A DNA stretch of 48,384 bases from Diploschistes diacapsis (GCA_023645945.1 JALAIB010000018.1:1-48384); one strand, 5' to 3'; positions 1 to 12,688 are shown, numbered from the stretch's first letter. The notes: generated by a model from the sequence alone, not told the origin. Numbers and translations: made by a program.

Positions 1-2696
1 GAGGGGAAGTGTACGCTAGATGGGTGGAGACATGCTGGGAACCGGCACAGCACAGAGGAAGAAGGGCAGGGGAGAGAGGAAGTATTAAGAGTTGTATAAC
101 ATGCAGCTCAAAGCAGGCATTGAGCTTGAGCTTCAGGTACGTACTCGGTGCCTGCAGGTTTTTAGTTGTGCCTTGCTACTTAGCAGGTGACAACTATCCC
201 AACCATTCCAGCCCGCTAGATGAAAATAATGGGGCCTGTGGACCATGCTCACGCTGGGAAGCCCCCTTCAAGCCTACTACATACCTGGGCTATCAACCCG
301 TTCCCTTCATTTCATTTCATTTCATTTTCTTTTTCCTTTTCTCACCTCACACGACCGTTTTTCACCCGGGTCAATAACATAGTACAACTCCCTACCCAGC
401 TCCCATACACCCGGAAGCGCCCAAATAGCATTATTATTCAAGAAAGATTGTCCTGCGCTGTTCATGTCCATCCACACATCGTTTTAACAGCCGCGGACGG
501 ACGGATCGGACGGTTTTATGTTCCATGCTACGAGGGCAAGGGGGCAGATAGATAGATATATCCCGCATGGTTTTTGAAGTTTTCTTTTTTTCCCCGTGCG
601 TGATTGCGTCGTCGGCTTGGTTTCTTTTTTTTTCTCGTTTGCTGATTTTTTGCTGGCCGGATGAGCCCAAATGCTGAGCTTTGGTATCTACTAGTACTAC
701 CTCTCTATCTATCCGGGCTTTGTATCTCTGGGATACTTGTTGTAGTATAGTGCAGCGCCTCGTATTTGTCCGCCGTTGGTGCTGTGTTTGGACAGTTTGG
801 GAGGTTGGGATTGGGGGTTTGTGGCATATCCCCCGTACGCTGCTGCGCTTGGGTGGGATGCCGGATATATATTTCTGCTGCGGTGAAGGCGCGTTTGGAT
901 GCTGGGTACGTGTATGCTGTGTGTTGTATCATATTATCGGATGTTGTGCCATGCCATGCCATGCCATGATGATTCGAGGGATGAAAACGCTGCGTTGATC
1001 CGCTCGTTGTCTCACCCCCGTTCTCCCTTCCACCTATCAAACGCCCTCCTGCCTCCTGCCTCCTGCCTCCTGCCTCCAGCCTCTCCTCTCGTCGAGGAAC
1101 GAATCGTTCAGAACCTGTTGATCTCGCACCGCCCACCCACTCACGAATAAAGTCTATGCATTTTCTTCGTTTTCGGCGTCTCGGTATCCCGTCGTCCATC
1201 ATCTAAATGCACTTCCTCTGCCCGGATAACGGGGTCTCGAGCAAAGTGCCTCTTGACACGACCGTTCCATTTTCTGTGTCTGTGTCTGTGCTCGTATGCA
1301 TCCATCCGTCCATCCGTGCGTGCGTGCGTGCGTCCAGGCGCTGTGGTGGATGGTGGGTTGAGCTCCTGAGGAGGGGGGTGGTGCGGTATCAGTTCCCCTT
1401 TTTTCTTTTTTTCGGTCTTTGCTTTCAAGGGCACTGGTTTCGGTTGGGGCGGTGCTGGGTGCTGGCGCATATACGGGCTTTTTGCGAGAGAGAGGGACCG
1501 TCCTTCCCCCCCTTATACAACCATGTGTTCGTGCCCCTTACTTACTCGTTCGTGCGCTTTTTCCTCTTGTTTTATCAATCTAGCCGGGACGTGTCTCACT
1601 TTCGACTAGCGCACGTCTTACAAGCATTATCCTCTGTTCGTAAAAGACCACCTTTCTACATTCTGAGCGCCGTCGGCAACTCGTCGTACACACCAACCAA
1701 CGACATCTTCGTCTCCTAATAAACCCATGGTCTTCTCTTTTTTTAGCTCATATTTTATTAACTGTGATTATACCGCACGTTTTTGACTCCTCCTTCCTTT
1801 TTTTCCCGTTATTTCGTAAGTCCATGCCGCGTGGGATGAGGCTCAGGGAAGGAAGGAGTGAGCGGAACACGAAACCGGGCATTGCAAACTAGGACAGCGG
1901 ATTGTGTGTGGAGAAGGGGCAGTAATAGAGAATTTTCCAAGAAGCATCATATATGCGGGATCACATATAGAGCGGAAAATGCGATCCACGAACGCACAAC
2001 CCTCGTCTCCCTTTTCCTACCGCGCCGTGAAATGTTGGGAGGTTCGAATTTTGGATAGAAGGAGAGTTGGCTATGATTGTAGATCTGAAGGGGGTTATCA
2101 ATAACGGATCGGATTGACTGCTATCTCCTGCCCCTATTCATAGAATCAATTAGACCCAATTCGACCAACTCCACAGCCTTACGGGGCTGTCCACTCACGT
2201 TCCTTCTCAGTCACAGCCGGTGCTATATACTCTAATACCCAGTGCATCCTCCAGCGTCGCTCAATCCTGGAATCGACACAAAAGTAACCCCTTCGAGCGG
2301 ATTCACCATGAAGACCCCTCTAACTCTGCGCCAAGTATGAAGAATGAGCCGCCAGGGATAATGGATCTGGATCTAGACACTCACATGCCCTACTTGCGCG
2401 GTAATGGCAATCGAGTGAACGCCGAGGGCAACATACTGTGCGGTTCTTTCGCATGTCACGCGTGCAGATAATAATGGCAGAAAGTAATCGATTGAGTTGA
2501 GCGCTGTGTTCGGCCACAATGCGCCTTGTTCAACAACTTGTGCCCCTTTTCTGAATGGCGGAACTGGAGTACCTTGCAAGGTGTTCCCTTAATCTCGAGA
2601 CCGGCATGCAGAATACTCGATTCTCTCGTCTCCAGCATAACCGTCTCCGCATTCAACAGCAAGTAATTCAATCCCCGTTCTCGCACATAGCACGAC

Positions 2697-3753
2697 ATGC
2701 CTAGCCGACCGTCTGCTGGTACGCCTATCTCGGAAGGTTCACACGAGGAGCCCAAACTCAGACGCTCAACTAAAGCAATTGACTCACATGATGGTCCGCG
2801 GCTCCACACCTTTCCACGCTACACGTCTCGGCTGCATATATCTCCGAGCGACTTTCGTGCTCCGTACCGCGGCATCCCGGGACGGTCGTGCCTCTCCATA
2901 TCCATCTGTATCATACGACATCCCAAGTGCGAGCAGCAAATCATCCAGTGGCTTCCGCACCCGGCAGTCATTGCGATCCGCGCCTTGGGGTGCTTGATGG
3001 TTGACACGAAGCAAAAACAACCTCGAAACTCGACATCTGCTTCCGAGAAGACTGATAGCAACAACGAGGACGGTGATAGCGAGGACAGTGAAAGTGAAGA
3101 CTGCGATGACGATGCTAACTTCCATATTCATCCTATTCCATGCTCTTCACATGCGGATGGGCGCTCCTATGGAAATGGGAGCTTCAAAGTTCCAACCCTT
3201 ACGCTAGAGATTGGTCGCCAAGACCCAATCAGGCACAGCATGGATTGGGTGTTGCAGTTAAAATGGTCGTCGAGAGGGCAAGAAGGACTTCACCAGCCTT
3301 TCCCAGACCGATCACTGTCGTGTTTGAGATTGGGGCTGAAGAGACTTACAACGAACCACTCAGCGACGTTCAAGTTTGGCTTGGTGGCGCCTTGTATCCT
3401 GCGCTGTGGACGTCGTGGTCATGATCAAGGTGCAGGACTCTCAGATTGCTCCCTGTTACACGCTGGGCCAGATCATGCGCCTGAACAGCGAGGTGAGCAA
3501 CTACTCGAAAGAGGACGAGGTCGAGCAGATCAAGAACAAACTTTGTGTCGATATACTCGCGGATCGCGGGTTAGACTTGCACGTTGAGATTTGGAGCTGT
3601 TCAGCCGCCGGACAGCCGAAGCGAACCTTCGAGGCCAGCCATCGACCCAGTGGTGGGGATCAGCTACCACTGCAGATCAACGACCTCTTTCAGGCAGTAA
3701 ACCCCGGCTTGGAAGTGAAGGAAAAGCTGAATGCCGTGCAAGATGATTGTTGA
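2697..3753 (+). pseudogene. Frameshifted relic of a fungal PD-(D/E)XK restriction-endonuclease-fold (Uma2/CR-REase-like) protein
   Basis: Family-like motifs occur in order but across different frames: LHISPSDF, YPSVSYD, IIQWLPHP, GSFKVPT (K-x-PD position, D lost), ITVVFEIGAEETYNEPLSDVQVWLGG (ORF 3140-3424), VDVVVMIKVQD, LHVEIWSC and LPLQINDLF (ORF 3376-3753). No clean splice signals were seen to explain the frame jumps. Confidence 0.5.
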
Positions 3754-3880
3754 AAGGAAGCAGGACTCAATATTGGGTCTATCGGCGTAACTATATCTCT
3801 CGTGATAGATTCAGCCTTACGCACAATGAGAAAATAGAAAATGAATGACAACAAGCTAAGCGAAGTGATGAGGTGAGTGT

Positions 3881-3976
3881 AGTTAAGTGTAATTAAGTAT
3901 AATCAAGTGCAATTAAGTGTAATTAAGTATATTTAAGTGGAATTAAGTGGAATTAAGTGGAATTAAATGTAATTAC
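3881..3976. repeat. 10-bp minisatellite, consensus AATTAAGTG(T/G), ~9.5 copies
   Basis: agttaagtgt aattaagtat aatcaagtgc aattaagtgt aattaagtat atttaagtgg aattaagtgg aattaagtgg aattaaatgt aattac. Confidence 0.95.
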
Positions 3977-4609
3977 AGGCTAAGGGGAAGGAGGCCAACA
4001 CGTGCCTGGTGAAACAAGCCAAAGAGGCTGGGTGATTTGATAATATTACAGTAGTCGAGTCTTATTTACCCGGAAAGAACATTATTCAGTCTCTATCTTC
4101 TATCTTCTACCATCCGCCTTATCTACTCTGGATACTTCCCAATGATCCATTCATCGTATGATCTTTAGATGTATGACCTGTTGGAATATGAAAGCATATA
4201 TCATCAAAAGCTCCGATGACGATGTTGGTTGGTGACAAAAACTGTGGGCTTGCGCAGGAACGGCAGATTAGCGGGGTGGGGTTGCATCAAAGGGGGCTGG
4301 AGACTAAATGCAAGTAATAGCCTAATAGTAAGGGTGTGTGTTCAGCTTTGCTGGCCTTTGCTAATCTTAATTTAGTTTCTGCTTTTTCCGTCTGCAAACC
4401 CTTCTTTCGGAGCAGCAGTGGGCGCGCCACAAGAGGCCAAAAATGAACAGAATAGGTAGACTCGACAAAGAGGCCGTGGCTTCATCGGATGCATGCGCCT
4501 TGGCTGAAGCGAAGCTGCTTGATCTGGGCCTGATACCCTAGACCTCGAGAGAATCTCGTAGATTGGCGCTGGGCCCATCACCAGAAGTCTCCAAAGTCAA
4601 CTAAATTGC

Positions 4610-4650
4610 ACTACTACTACTACTACTACTACTACCACTACTACCACTAC
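4610..4650. repeat. (ACT)n/(ACC) microsatellite upstream of the cell-wall protein gene
   Basis: actactactactactactactactaccactactaccactac read directly. Confidence 0.9.
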
Positions 4651-5063
4651 CCACACCCCCCAACGGGGCTCTAGTACCTAGTACTACTAGTACCTAGTAT
4701 TAGTAGTCGGCTAGTAACGCCCCAGTTTCCCACCAATTATCACTCATTAATATTAGATTTTTCCTTGTTCCTCTCCACTCCCACCCCCCTGTCCCCTTCA
4801 TTGATATACCCTCCTTCACTCCCTCAATTTTCTCTCTTTCCCCTTCTCTTTTCTCACCCCATCGTGCATCGACGCCCGTCGCACCTTTCGAAGCTTTTGC
4901 TTTTTGCTTTGCTCTCTTGTCGACTTTGGTCTACGTCCTATCTTTAAACAAACGCTCTCTACAAACAACGCTCGCTTCAGCTTTCCGATCTACTATCCTT
5001 TGACAGATACCTCTAATACTTAACTTCTGCAAAAGAAAGACAAAAACCCATACGTCTGCCAAA

Positions 5064-6356
5064 ATGCAGTACCTCGCTGTCTTCGCTGGTGCTGTGGCCG
5101 TTGCTTCCGCTGCCCAAGTTAGCATCCCCTCCTCAGGCTGGAATGTCACCACCACTGCCATTCCCGAGGTGACCTCGACCTACACCTCGGTCGACGAGAT
5201 CACCGTCATCTCGTGCGGTCCCGAGGTCACCAGCTGCCCAGGCAGGAGCTCCACTTCAGGCGCCGCCGCCACCACTACCTCCGCCGCGGCCATTGTCTCC
5301 TCCTCTTCCTCGGCCAGCCCAACGTCCAGCTCCGCTGCCGTTGTCATTTCGTCTTGGGTTATCCCAACATCTAGCTCGGCTGCCGCTATTGTTTCTTCCG
5401 CCTCTAGCAGCTCCGTTGCCCCGATCACCGAGACCATCGTTCCTGTCCCCGTCTCGTCCTCCGTTCCCGCGTCGTCCTCTATCGGCGCCTCTCCATCCTC
5501 GTCTGTTCCAGTGGCCAGCTCCATCCCAGCCAGCTCAAGCCCAGCTGCTACTGGAACCAGCCCTGCTAGCTCTAGCCCAGTTGCTTCGGGTACCAGCCCT
5601 GCCAACTCTGGTCCCGCTGCATCTGGCACCGTCGCCATTGCCAGCACCTCCACTGCCACTTCCGTCCACACCGTGACCGCAACCCTTTCTGCTTCGTCCT
5701 CTGCTCAGGCCGGCACTGGAAGCGCCACCAGGATCTATTCTACGACCACCACACAGGTGACCGTCACCGTCCAGCGTGCTTCATCAACCCCGGCCTCCTC
5801 GCCAAGCACCGTCGTGGTTGTGCCAATCCAGAGCTGCGCCCCAACCACCATCTACGTCACCGTCACTCCGACGGTCACTATTGGCAGCGGCTCCACCCCC
5901 ACCGTCACCGTTGGCGGCGGCTCCACCCCCACGATCTCAACGTCAGCGCTCGCGATTGTCTCCTCGCTCTCACCAAGCTCTTCTGCTCTGGCGATCGTCT
6001 CTTCTGCTGCGCCATCTTCACCTGCTGCGTCTTCACCCGTCGCTTCCTCCCCTGCCGCTTCTTCACCTGTCTCTTATTCACACGCCCAGCATTCGCACAC
6101 CGCTTCCTCGCCAGCCGCCTCTTCGCCCGTTTCCTCTGGCGCAGCTCCTTTTCCAACCAGCGCTCCAGCTGGCGTTTCCTCTGGCATCCCAGTCCCGTCC
6201 GGCACCGCGCCGGGCAGCACTCCCTCGGGGCTGACCACCAGCGCTGCTGCTGGCGCCACGTCGCCCATTGCTCCCTTCCAAGGCGCTGCACCCAAGCTTG
6301 CCTCGAGCGTCTTTGGCCTCGTCGCTGCTATGGCTGCTGCTGCTATGATGCTATAA
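5064..6356 (+). CDS. Secreted, GPI-anchored Ser/Thr/Ala/Pro-rich cell wall protein (430 aa, intronless)
   Basis: Good start context (ccaaaATG) after a CT-rich leader. Signal peptide MQYLAVFAGAVAVASAA; Cys motif ITVISCGPEVTSCP typical of fungal wall mannoproteins; long S/T/A/P tract with ASSP repeats; C-terminal omega region plus hydrophobic tail (PFQGAAPKLASSVFGLVAAMAAAAMML). Confidence 0.92.
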   Translation: MQYLAVFAGAVAVASAAQVSIPSSGWNVTTTAIPEVTSTYTSVDEITVISCGPEVTSCPGRSSTSGAAATTTSAAAIVSSSSSASPTSSSAAVVISSWVIPTSSSAAAIVSSASSSSVAPITETIVPVPVSSSVPASSSIGASPSSSVPVASSIPASSSPAATGTSPASSSPVASGTSPANSGPAASGTVAIASTSTATSVHTVTATLSASSSAQAGTGSATRIYSTTTTQVTVTVQRASSTPASSPSTVVVVPIQSCAPTTIYVTVTPTVTIGSGSTPTVTVGGGSTPTISTSALAIVSSLSPSSSALAIVSSAAPSSPAASSPVASSPAASSPVSYSHAQHSHTASSPAASSPVSSGAAPFPTSAPAGVSSGIPVPSGTAPGSTPSGLTTSAAAGATSPIAPFQGAAPKLASSVFGLVAAMAAAAMML

Positions 6357-9300
6357 ATGGGATGAGTCAACAAGAGCACAGGAAGCATGGTCCAGCGCTG
6401 GTCAGCCTTGAATTTTTGGATATAGCAGGGACTTTCATTTCGGATTGCATCTCATGATGCCAGGATATATCATTCCCGTGACAAGGATACGCTTGTACAG
6501 AATTCTTATCTAGTCGCTTCTTTTCTTGTATCTACGCGAGCAAGCGGATGTGAATACGGACTTGGACTTGTTGGGGCCGAATCTGGAGTGTTTGGTTTCT
6601 TGCTTATCCGTGGTCTTCGATCCCCAGCATGGCTTTTGCGATCTGCCTGGCTAGCCGGTTGGCCTTTGTGGTTTTGTTGCACTGAATTGGAATGGCCCGA
6701 GCTCAGCTTGCATTGTATTTACTAGTAGCTCTTGCACATGTGAAGGTGATCAATGTGTCTACTTGCCCTTGCTCTTGAATAATGTGACGTGTCTATGGAT
6801 CGAAGGCCTATACTTTTTTATGCGCCTTGAACCGAAATATGAGATGTGTAAGGAAAGATTCGAGCATCTGTATACAAAATTTCTATGTTAAGCGCCAGAT
6901 CCTGGCGGCCTTATGAAACTTCGAGAGAACAGCAACGTGCAGATAAGAAAAGAGTACTTGCTTCCTTTTCAACCCCGAAGAGCTTGGAAGTTGTCAAGAG
7001 TTCAGTCAGTGCTACGCAGTAGTGTTTCTACGCTACAGCCAAAACGCCTCAGGGTTATCGAGGCTTTGGGCCTCTGCTAATCCAGACCCATGAGCCCCAA
7101 GGATGCCATTAAGCACCCGTTATAGGAAATAGACATGCCGGAGTATTAGGTGGGCTTGGCACTAACCCAACTACACGCCAAGCCTTTGGGCCCACCGAAC
7201 GAAACTCCATCTATTATCCTAGCTTTCGTACTCAGCAAACAGTAATCCCATGACGGAGCCGAGTCCAAAGCGCATCGTTCTTCGTGCACACGACACGACC
7301 GCTACGAGCAAGAACCTCAAGCCATCATCACTTCATTTCTTTCATCGTACTCTCCAAGCCCAGTCAAGGACTATTCCATTCATCAATTGCCTTCCAACGA
7401 CAGCCGATTCCTTATCATCCTCGATCTCCACTGCACAACATATCCGTCCGTCGTGCACCAGGTCCGAAAGACGGACAGATAGTAGGTCCGTTCTTCGATG
7501 AACCCCATGCAACCGACCGCTCAATCAGTCGTTTCAAGAATCTGGAGGTTCGGGCGGGCAATATTGCGATCCAGTTTACTCTCGACTATGTCTGGGGTGT
7601 GATCACAACTACGCGAGATCACGGCCCGCCTGTGAATCGGTCGGATGAATTGCCTGGCGTTTTCCCGGTGCGGATCGGACACGCTTCATTCAAGTTCGTG
7701 GCCTGCACATCATGGGTGAGAGGCAGGTCTCTCTGCGTCCCCACCTGGTGGTGCACAGACTTCTTGGTCGGGACGACCGAGTGCAGCGGCGCAGCGGAGG
7801 AAGTGGCCTCTCCATGTAATGATTGCAACCCACATAGGTTTTGCAAGCAATAGTGCGCATTTTGTTCCTTGTTTCTGCAGTGCTTGAGTTGAAAGAAAGT
7901 GAATGGCGGAACTTTCCATGTCTCTTCCACGCTTGCTGAATAAAACGACTCCTGGAGCGGCACCGAGATTCAATGCGTCGAGCCTATATCAACAGGGTGA
8001 GGAGTCGACCGCTCCGAAAGAGGAAGATCCAGCGTTCCGCCCACACGGACAACTACACCAACGACATCGCAGCGTCCGCAACCGAGCGTGCGCGGCGAAG
8101 TGGGGGAAGGACGAGCCCAAAGGCCAGCATTCAGAGCACACGCTACAATGTCGCCCCTCGCGCATACTGTCCCTTCACTTCAGACACTACCGGCAAGCGA
8201 AAGATGCGTTTTTTTCTGCTGTGGTGGATATGTGCAGGATGACCGCCGGGATGGCCTCGTGTGGCCCGGGCTCTGGCTACGGCATGCGCTCGTAAGAGGA
8301 TTTGAAAAATCCGAAAAAGGAAAAAAATTATTTTGAATTAAAATAAGATTTATTTTCCGAAATAATTAACAATTAAAAACCATATAATACGGATGATTAA
8401 ATTGTTAAAATAATTGTGTTTTAGTTTTGGAACATGCCATTAAATTTGCAAAAAATCTTTCTATTAAATGGAATACAATGAGAGAGAACGTTTATCAAAG
8501 TTTCACCACCTGAAGATTCCCTTCCGCCGAAAGCTCTCAGGCCCATTCTCGCGCGCGCCAAAGACAAAACCCAGGCGCTGCCCCTCCGCCCTTCTTGTGC
8601 TCGCGGCACGGGCTTCTTCGCGTGGGCTCGCACAGCAAAAAGCCCCTAGACATGCAACGAGGAAGCCAGCCATCCACAAACACAACAGCAAACCGGAGAT
8701 CAAGCCTCCTCTCCTACCACGAGAACTTGGTCACGATGCTCGACGCCGTACGATAAAAAAATCCAGCTACGTCGAAAAGCAATCTCGAAAATACCCCAAA
8801 CGCACCCCATGACGAGGCAAAGGACTTTGGTTTCGCTTTCACGTGCTTCGTAGAACGGACACGCCGCGTCCCGACGACGCTGAGCGCAGCAAAGTTATGT
8901 GCACAAAGCTCGGGGCATAAAAGTCCCATGCCCTGTTCCGAACCACGTGCGAGAGATGCATACGACTCGAAGGGCAGAGAACGGTCTCGCTCTGTCAACT
9001 GCGTACGTTTTTGCAGATGGGCGACATTGAAGGGTGCAGACAGTGAAGTGGCTGGATACTGGAAAGATGTCTCTTCCTGGTCCGGTCTCGTATCCGGCAT
9101 ATCTTCGCTAGGATATTTTTACGAGTCTTGCAACCTTCTTGGAGTGTGTGGCACCATCTTACTAACGCGATGGCTCTGTTTCTTCTCAACGGTGATGGGA
9201 TAGACAATCCTTTTCTGGATGTAGAAGCGCTGAATGGAAAGTTTCGGTCAGTAGCCTTCTATTGTGCAACCTTTCGCTGGACTGACGTATTATAGCACAG

Positions 9301-9405
9301 GGACTTGAAGTCAATGGCATCCTTTTTCGAGACACCAGATCTGGTGGCTCACGGGAGACATCTGGAACATGTACAGCCATTTGAAGAACAACGCTCGCAA
9401 GGATC

Positions 9406-10597
9406 TTGACCCGTACGTCTGCCCTTCATGCTATCCGGCCAGTCTTTGGGTTTCCTCCCTCGAGTGTCCCAGAACAATATATGGCAATAATCTTACATTG
9501 GGAATCTGACGGCTCAATTGATATAATGCTCACAAAAAAAGTAACAGACGAACGAAAATTTCGTAATAAGCCAGGAGAAAGTCCGACAGCGCTACCTAAA
9601 ACGCACTTGGAACAAGTTCTCTGATTACCACAAAAAGGTCCGCAACCGACGAAAGCGTCACGGGCTTGAAGGAGACGTGTGCCTACGCTTGAAACTGGTG
9701 GAACAGGGTTGGCTGCAGAATTGGATTGAATTCCAAGCTTTCCATCTTCAGACGCTTGAAAGACTTGAGAAAGAGTCGAAGGCTCACAAGGAAGGATTAG
9801 ATGCCGCATGGACAGAATTAGATGCTGCCCGGGCTGAATCGGGTAAAGGGGGTATCCAGGTGTGTCTTCACCGGGATGCGTTAGGGCAACACTGCCTAGG
9901 GTAGGCCGCGCGGCTGTCGAGGTGGATGTTTCGAAAATAGGATAAAGTATTGCGAAAGAAGATTGAAAATGCATGAGATTCCGCTACGATGGATCGAACA
10001 GCAGCGTATGGTGATGACCACAGAGCCATGTCTGAATTTTGACGGAATCGAAAACCACAAGGTTGGGTGACGGACCTGGGGCCACTCGAACCCCCCTGGC
10101 TCTTTTCCGTGCGAAGAGAAAACCACCTCGTTCGGTACCCAGTCCGACCAAGTCAGGAGTGTCCAAATACCAACCTGAGAAGCGAGATCTACGCCCCCGA
10201 AACCGCGACGTGTTATATAAATCTAAAAGCGCAAGCGCCCGCCAGGACAGCCATTTCGCGGATACCAGGCTCAAAAAACAAGCCTCGCCGTCGCATGAAG
10301 GATGCGTTTCTTGATCCTAGACATTCATATAGGGTGTCTAGGGTTTTCAAAGCAACCACGCAAAGACAGAAGAATCGACCGTTCCAACCCGAACTCATGG
10401 CCAACGAGCCAATCACGAAGTATAAGATCACGAGAGTCTTCAGGTCAGGCAGTACGCGGCAAAGGGAACCAATACTACGGTCCACACGTAGCGTTGTGAT
10501 AACACGCTGTGGACGGGAATCAAAGAAACCAGAAATATTCTATCCTGGCTGGATGAATAGGATACTCATGATGGTTGAACTCAAAAATCCTTTTTAA
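9406..10597 (+). pseudogene. Degenerate relic of a fungal uncharacterised coiled-coil/basic-tail protein
   Basis: Protein-like blocks in different frames: QNWIEFQAFHLQTLERLEKE (9677 frame), EIPLRWIEQQRMVM (~9974-10015) and basic tail RSVVITRCGRESKKPEIFYPG (10067 frame), separated by stops and frameshifts. Resembles a Pezizomycotina family with W-I-E-(F/Y)-Q, W-I-E-Q-Q-R and TRSGR-x-S-K-x-P motifs (recalled, not searched). Confidence 0.45.
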
Positions 10598-12688
10598 AGA
10601 TTCAGTGAGTGACTCTACATTTTTATCCTGACAGGAGCTTTTCAACAACTCCAAGTCCCGGATTTTGTGCCGTATTCCCCTCGACCGATGTCGGCGCCTA
10701 GCGAGGGCAGGTTCGGGGAGCGGCCTTTGGAGATAGGCTCATCAGGATCAGGATGGGTAATTTGCAGCTTGAGAGACAGTAGCAGTCCGTGAATAGGCGA
10801 AGCAAATCCTTGGAGCCCGATGGCATTGTGGTTTATGAGTTCTCGCAAGGCGCAAATGTGTTAAGAACTAGCCGAGTGGCTGCGAATTAGCCTTCATCCT
10901 CGCATACTTCATCCACGCCGAAAGGAAATCCAATCCCTGCTGCTAACGAAGTTAAGAAGCCTAGAAGTTAAGGGTGATGTACGAACCTATAGAAGAAGAT
11001 TGAGTCTAGATACTCTTGCCTCTCTCTTAGCCATAAGCCTATAGCTTTGAGACTTGTCAAGAGCCTTGCTCGTCGAGAAGCGTCATGGTTACAGAAGAGT
11101 TGGGTACTCGGGAGCCTGCCTCTTGGGCCGGGGGGTCGTGGGTCGATAGTGCCAAAGCCAGTTCTCCGAGCCTTCGTCTCCAATTACCTCGCCGGTATTA
11201 CTCCCTTCTAAAATCCCCCGAGTTCTCCAGCATTCGCGCCTTGAGTCCCGAAGAAAAGGATGGCCTTCCACCTAACGGTATAACTTGGCAAATATATCCC
11301 ACCGGGGTGTGCGCAGCGTCCTGTCCCTCTCGCCGTGCAGTCAACCAGTCCAACAGGAAGGTGCAAAGGCTGTCGGCAGAGATCGGAACGCCAGCAGCTG
11401 CACCAGCGCCACTCGCGAGAGTCAAAAGTACTTTCAATAGAGGCGCATATCCCGCGAAATCGAAACAGAACCGGGTCCAAGATACGCACCCTTACACCCC
11501 AAACCAGACCCATTCCCGATTCAAGCAGCGTTATCCAGTCCCAAACCATCGCTTTGCCCAACTCCAGAGGGAGCAGGGGGATGATTGACAAGCCCATCAA
11601 CCGCCCGTTCCTCGACTTTGCCAGCACAAATCTTCGCAAAAGCGTTAGGGGGCCGGCGTGGGCCGTGAAAAAACGGCTGCAAAGCGAATTGGACCATGTC
11701 CAGCGTCGAAGAGCTCCCCCCCCCCAACGACGGCGGTTACCGCGTTTTTGTATGCCAAAAGAATTTGGCACACAGGTTTTTGAAGAATAAGCCTTCTCCC
11801 CTATCTCTCTCTCTGTGTTGGCGGTTGTGGCTGTGAGTTTGATCTTGAACCGGGGTTCCTTAAAATCCAAAAAAAACCTTGTGAGGGAGGATCTCTCTGC
11901 CTCGCCTGTTGCTTTGTAAATCCTGCCCCTATTCCCCAATCACCGCCCGGGGGGGGGTTAGATATGCACGGTTTTCCAGAAAGGTGAGCGAAGTGGGTTC
12001 GTTGCTAGTCCTTTCATGATCCCTTTGCAGAGGAGGACGGGACGACGCGGTTTCGAGCGCGGAGGTGGGGACGGAAAAACCGGGGGGAGAGGAAAAACCA
12101 GAAGGGAATGGATGGTTGATCGCAGGGGGAGAATTTTTTTAAGTCGATTGCTAAAAGAATGGGATGAACTGCGCAACAACGTGTTTGCGGGGGGGGGATG
12201 GGGTATTTACACTGCTGGATACCTACCCCCTTTGCAGAGGATATCGACAACTAGTATTCTACCGTTTCCGCTCGTCTCTGGTCCCATCATCGCGCTGTGA
12301 TTATACATTGGCGCTGGACATTGGGACTGGGGGTTCTCTGGACTTTGTTCGTGGTCGCCCAAAAGAAGCGCGCACATCACAAGGGACGTTGCCCGCAGCT
12401 GTCATAGAATATGGATCGCTGTTCATTCGTACTAGGAAATGGGGGGTATCATATCGTAAACTACAGACTGGCACTCCCAACTCCCAACATGAAACGTTCG
12501 CTATGTCCCGGTGGCCATGCATACCCGCACCCCCATATTTGCCCATAATCGAGTTCCCTTTCCTTCTCTTCCCAGCCCCGTGCTTTCGCCGTCGCATCCC
12601 TTATGAATGCTGGCCCGGTCCGGGTAATCGAACCGACGGTCGTTGCGGAAGCGAATCGAATGGAAGCCATGGGCAAAGCGTTTTCGCC

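Noticed and set aside
1..1800. Many short overlapping ORFs (up to 170 aa)
   Set aside because: Low-complexity DNA rich in microsatellites ((TTTCA)n, (GCCAT)n, (GCCTCCT)n, (GTGC)n) with no recognisable motifs; looks like promoter/UTR or intergenic sequence.
3881..3976. CRISPR-like or telomere-like array
   Set aside because: Head-to-tail 10-mers with no spacers, not TTAGGG, and eukaryotic context.
7250..8295. ORFs of 60-189 aa on both strands
   Set aside because: No motif, codon bias or coherent splice structure; may be a relic but cannot be supported.
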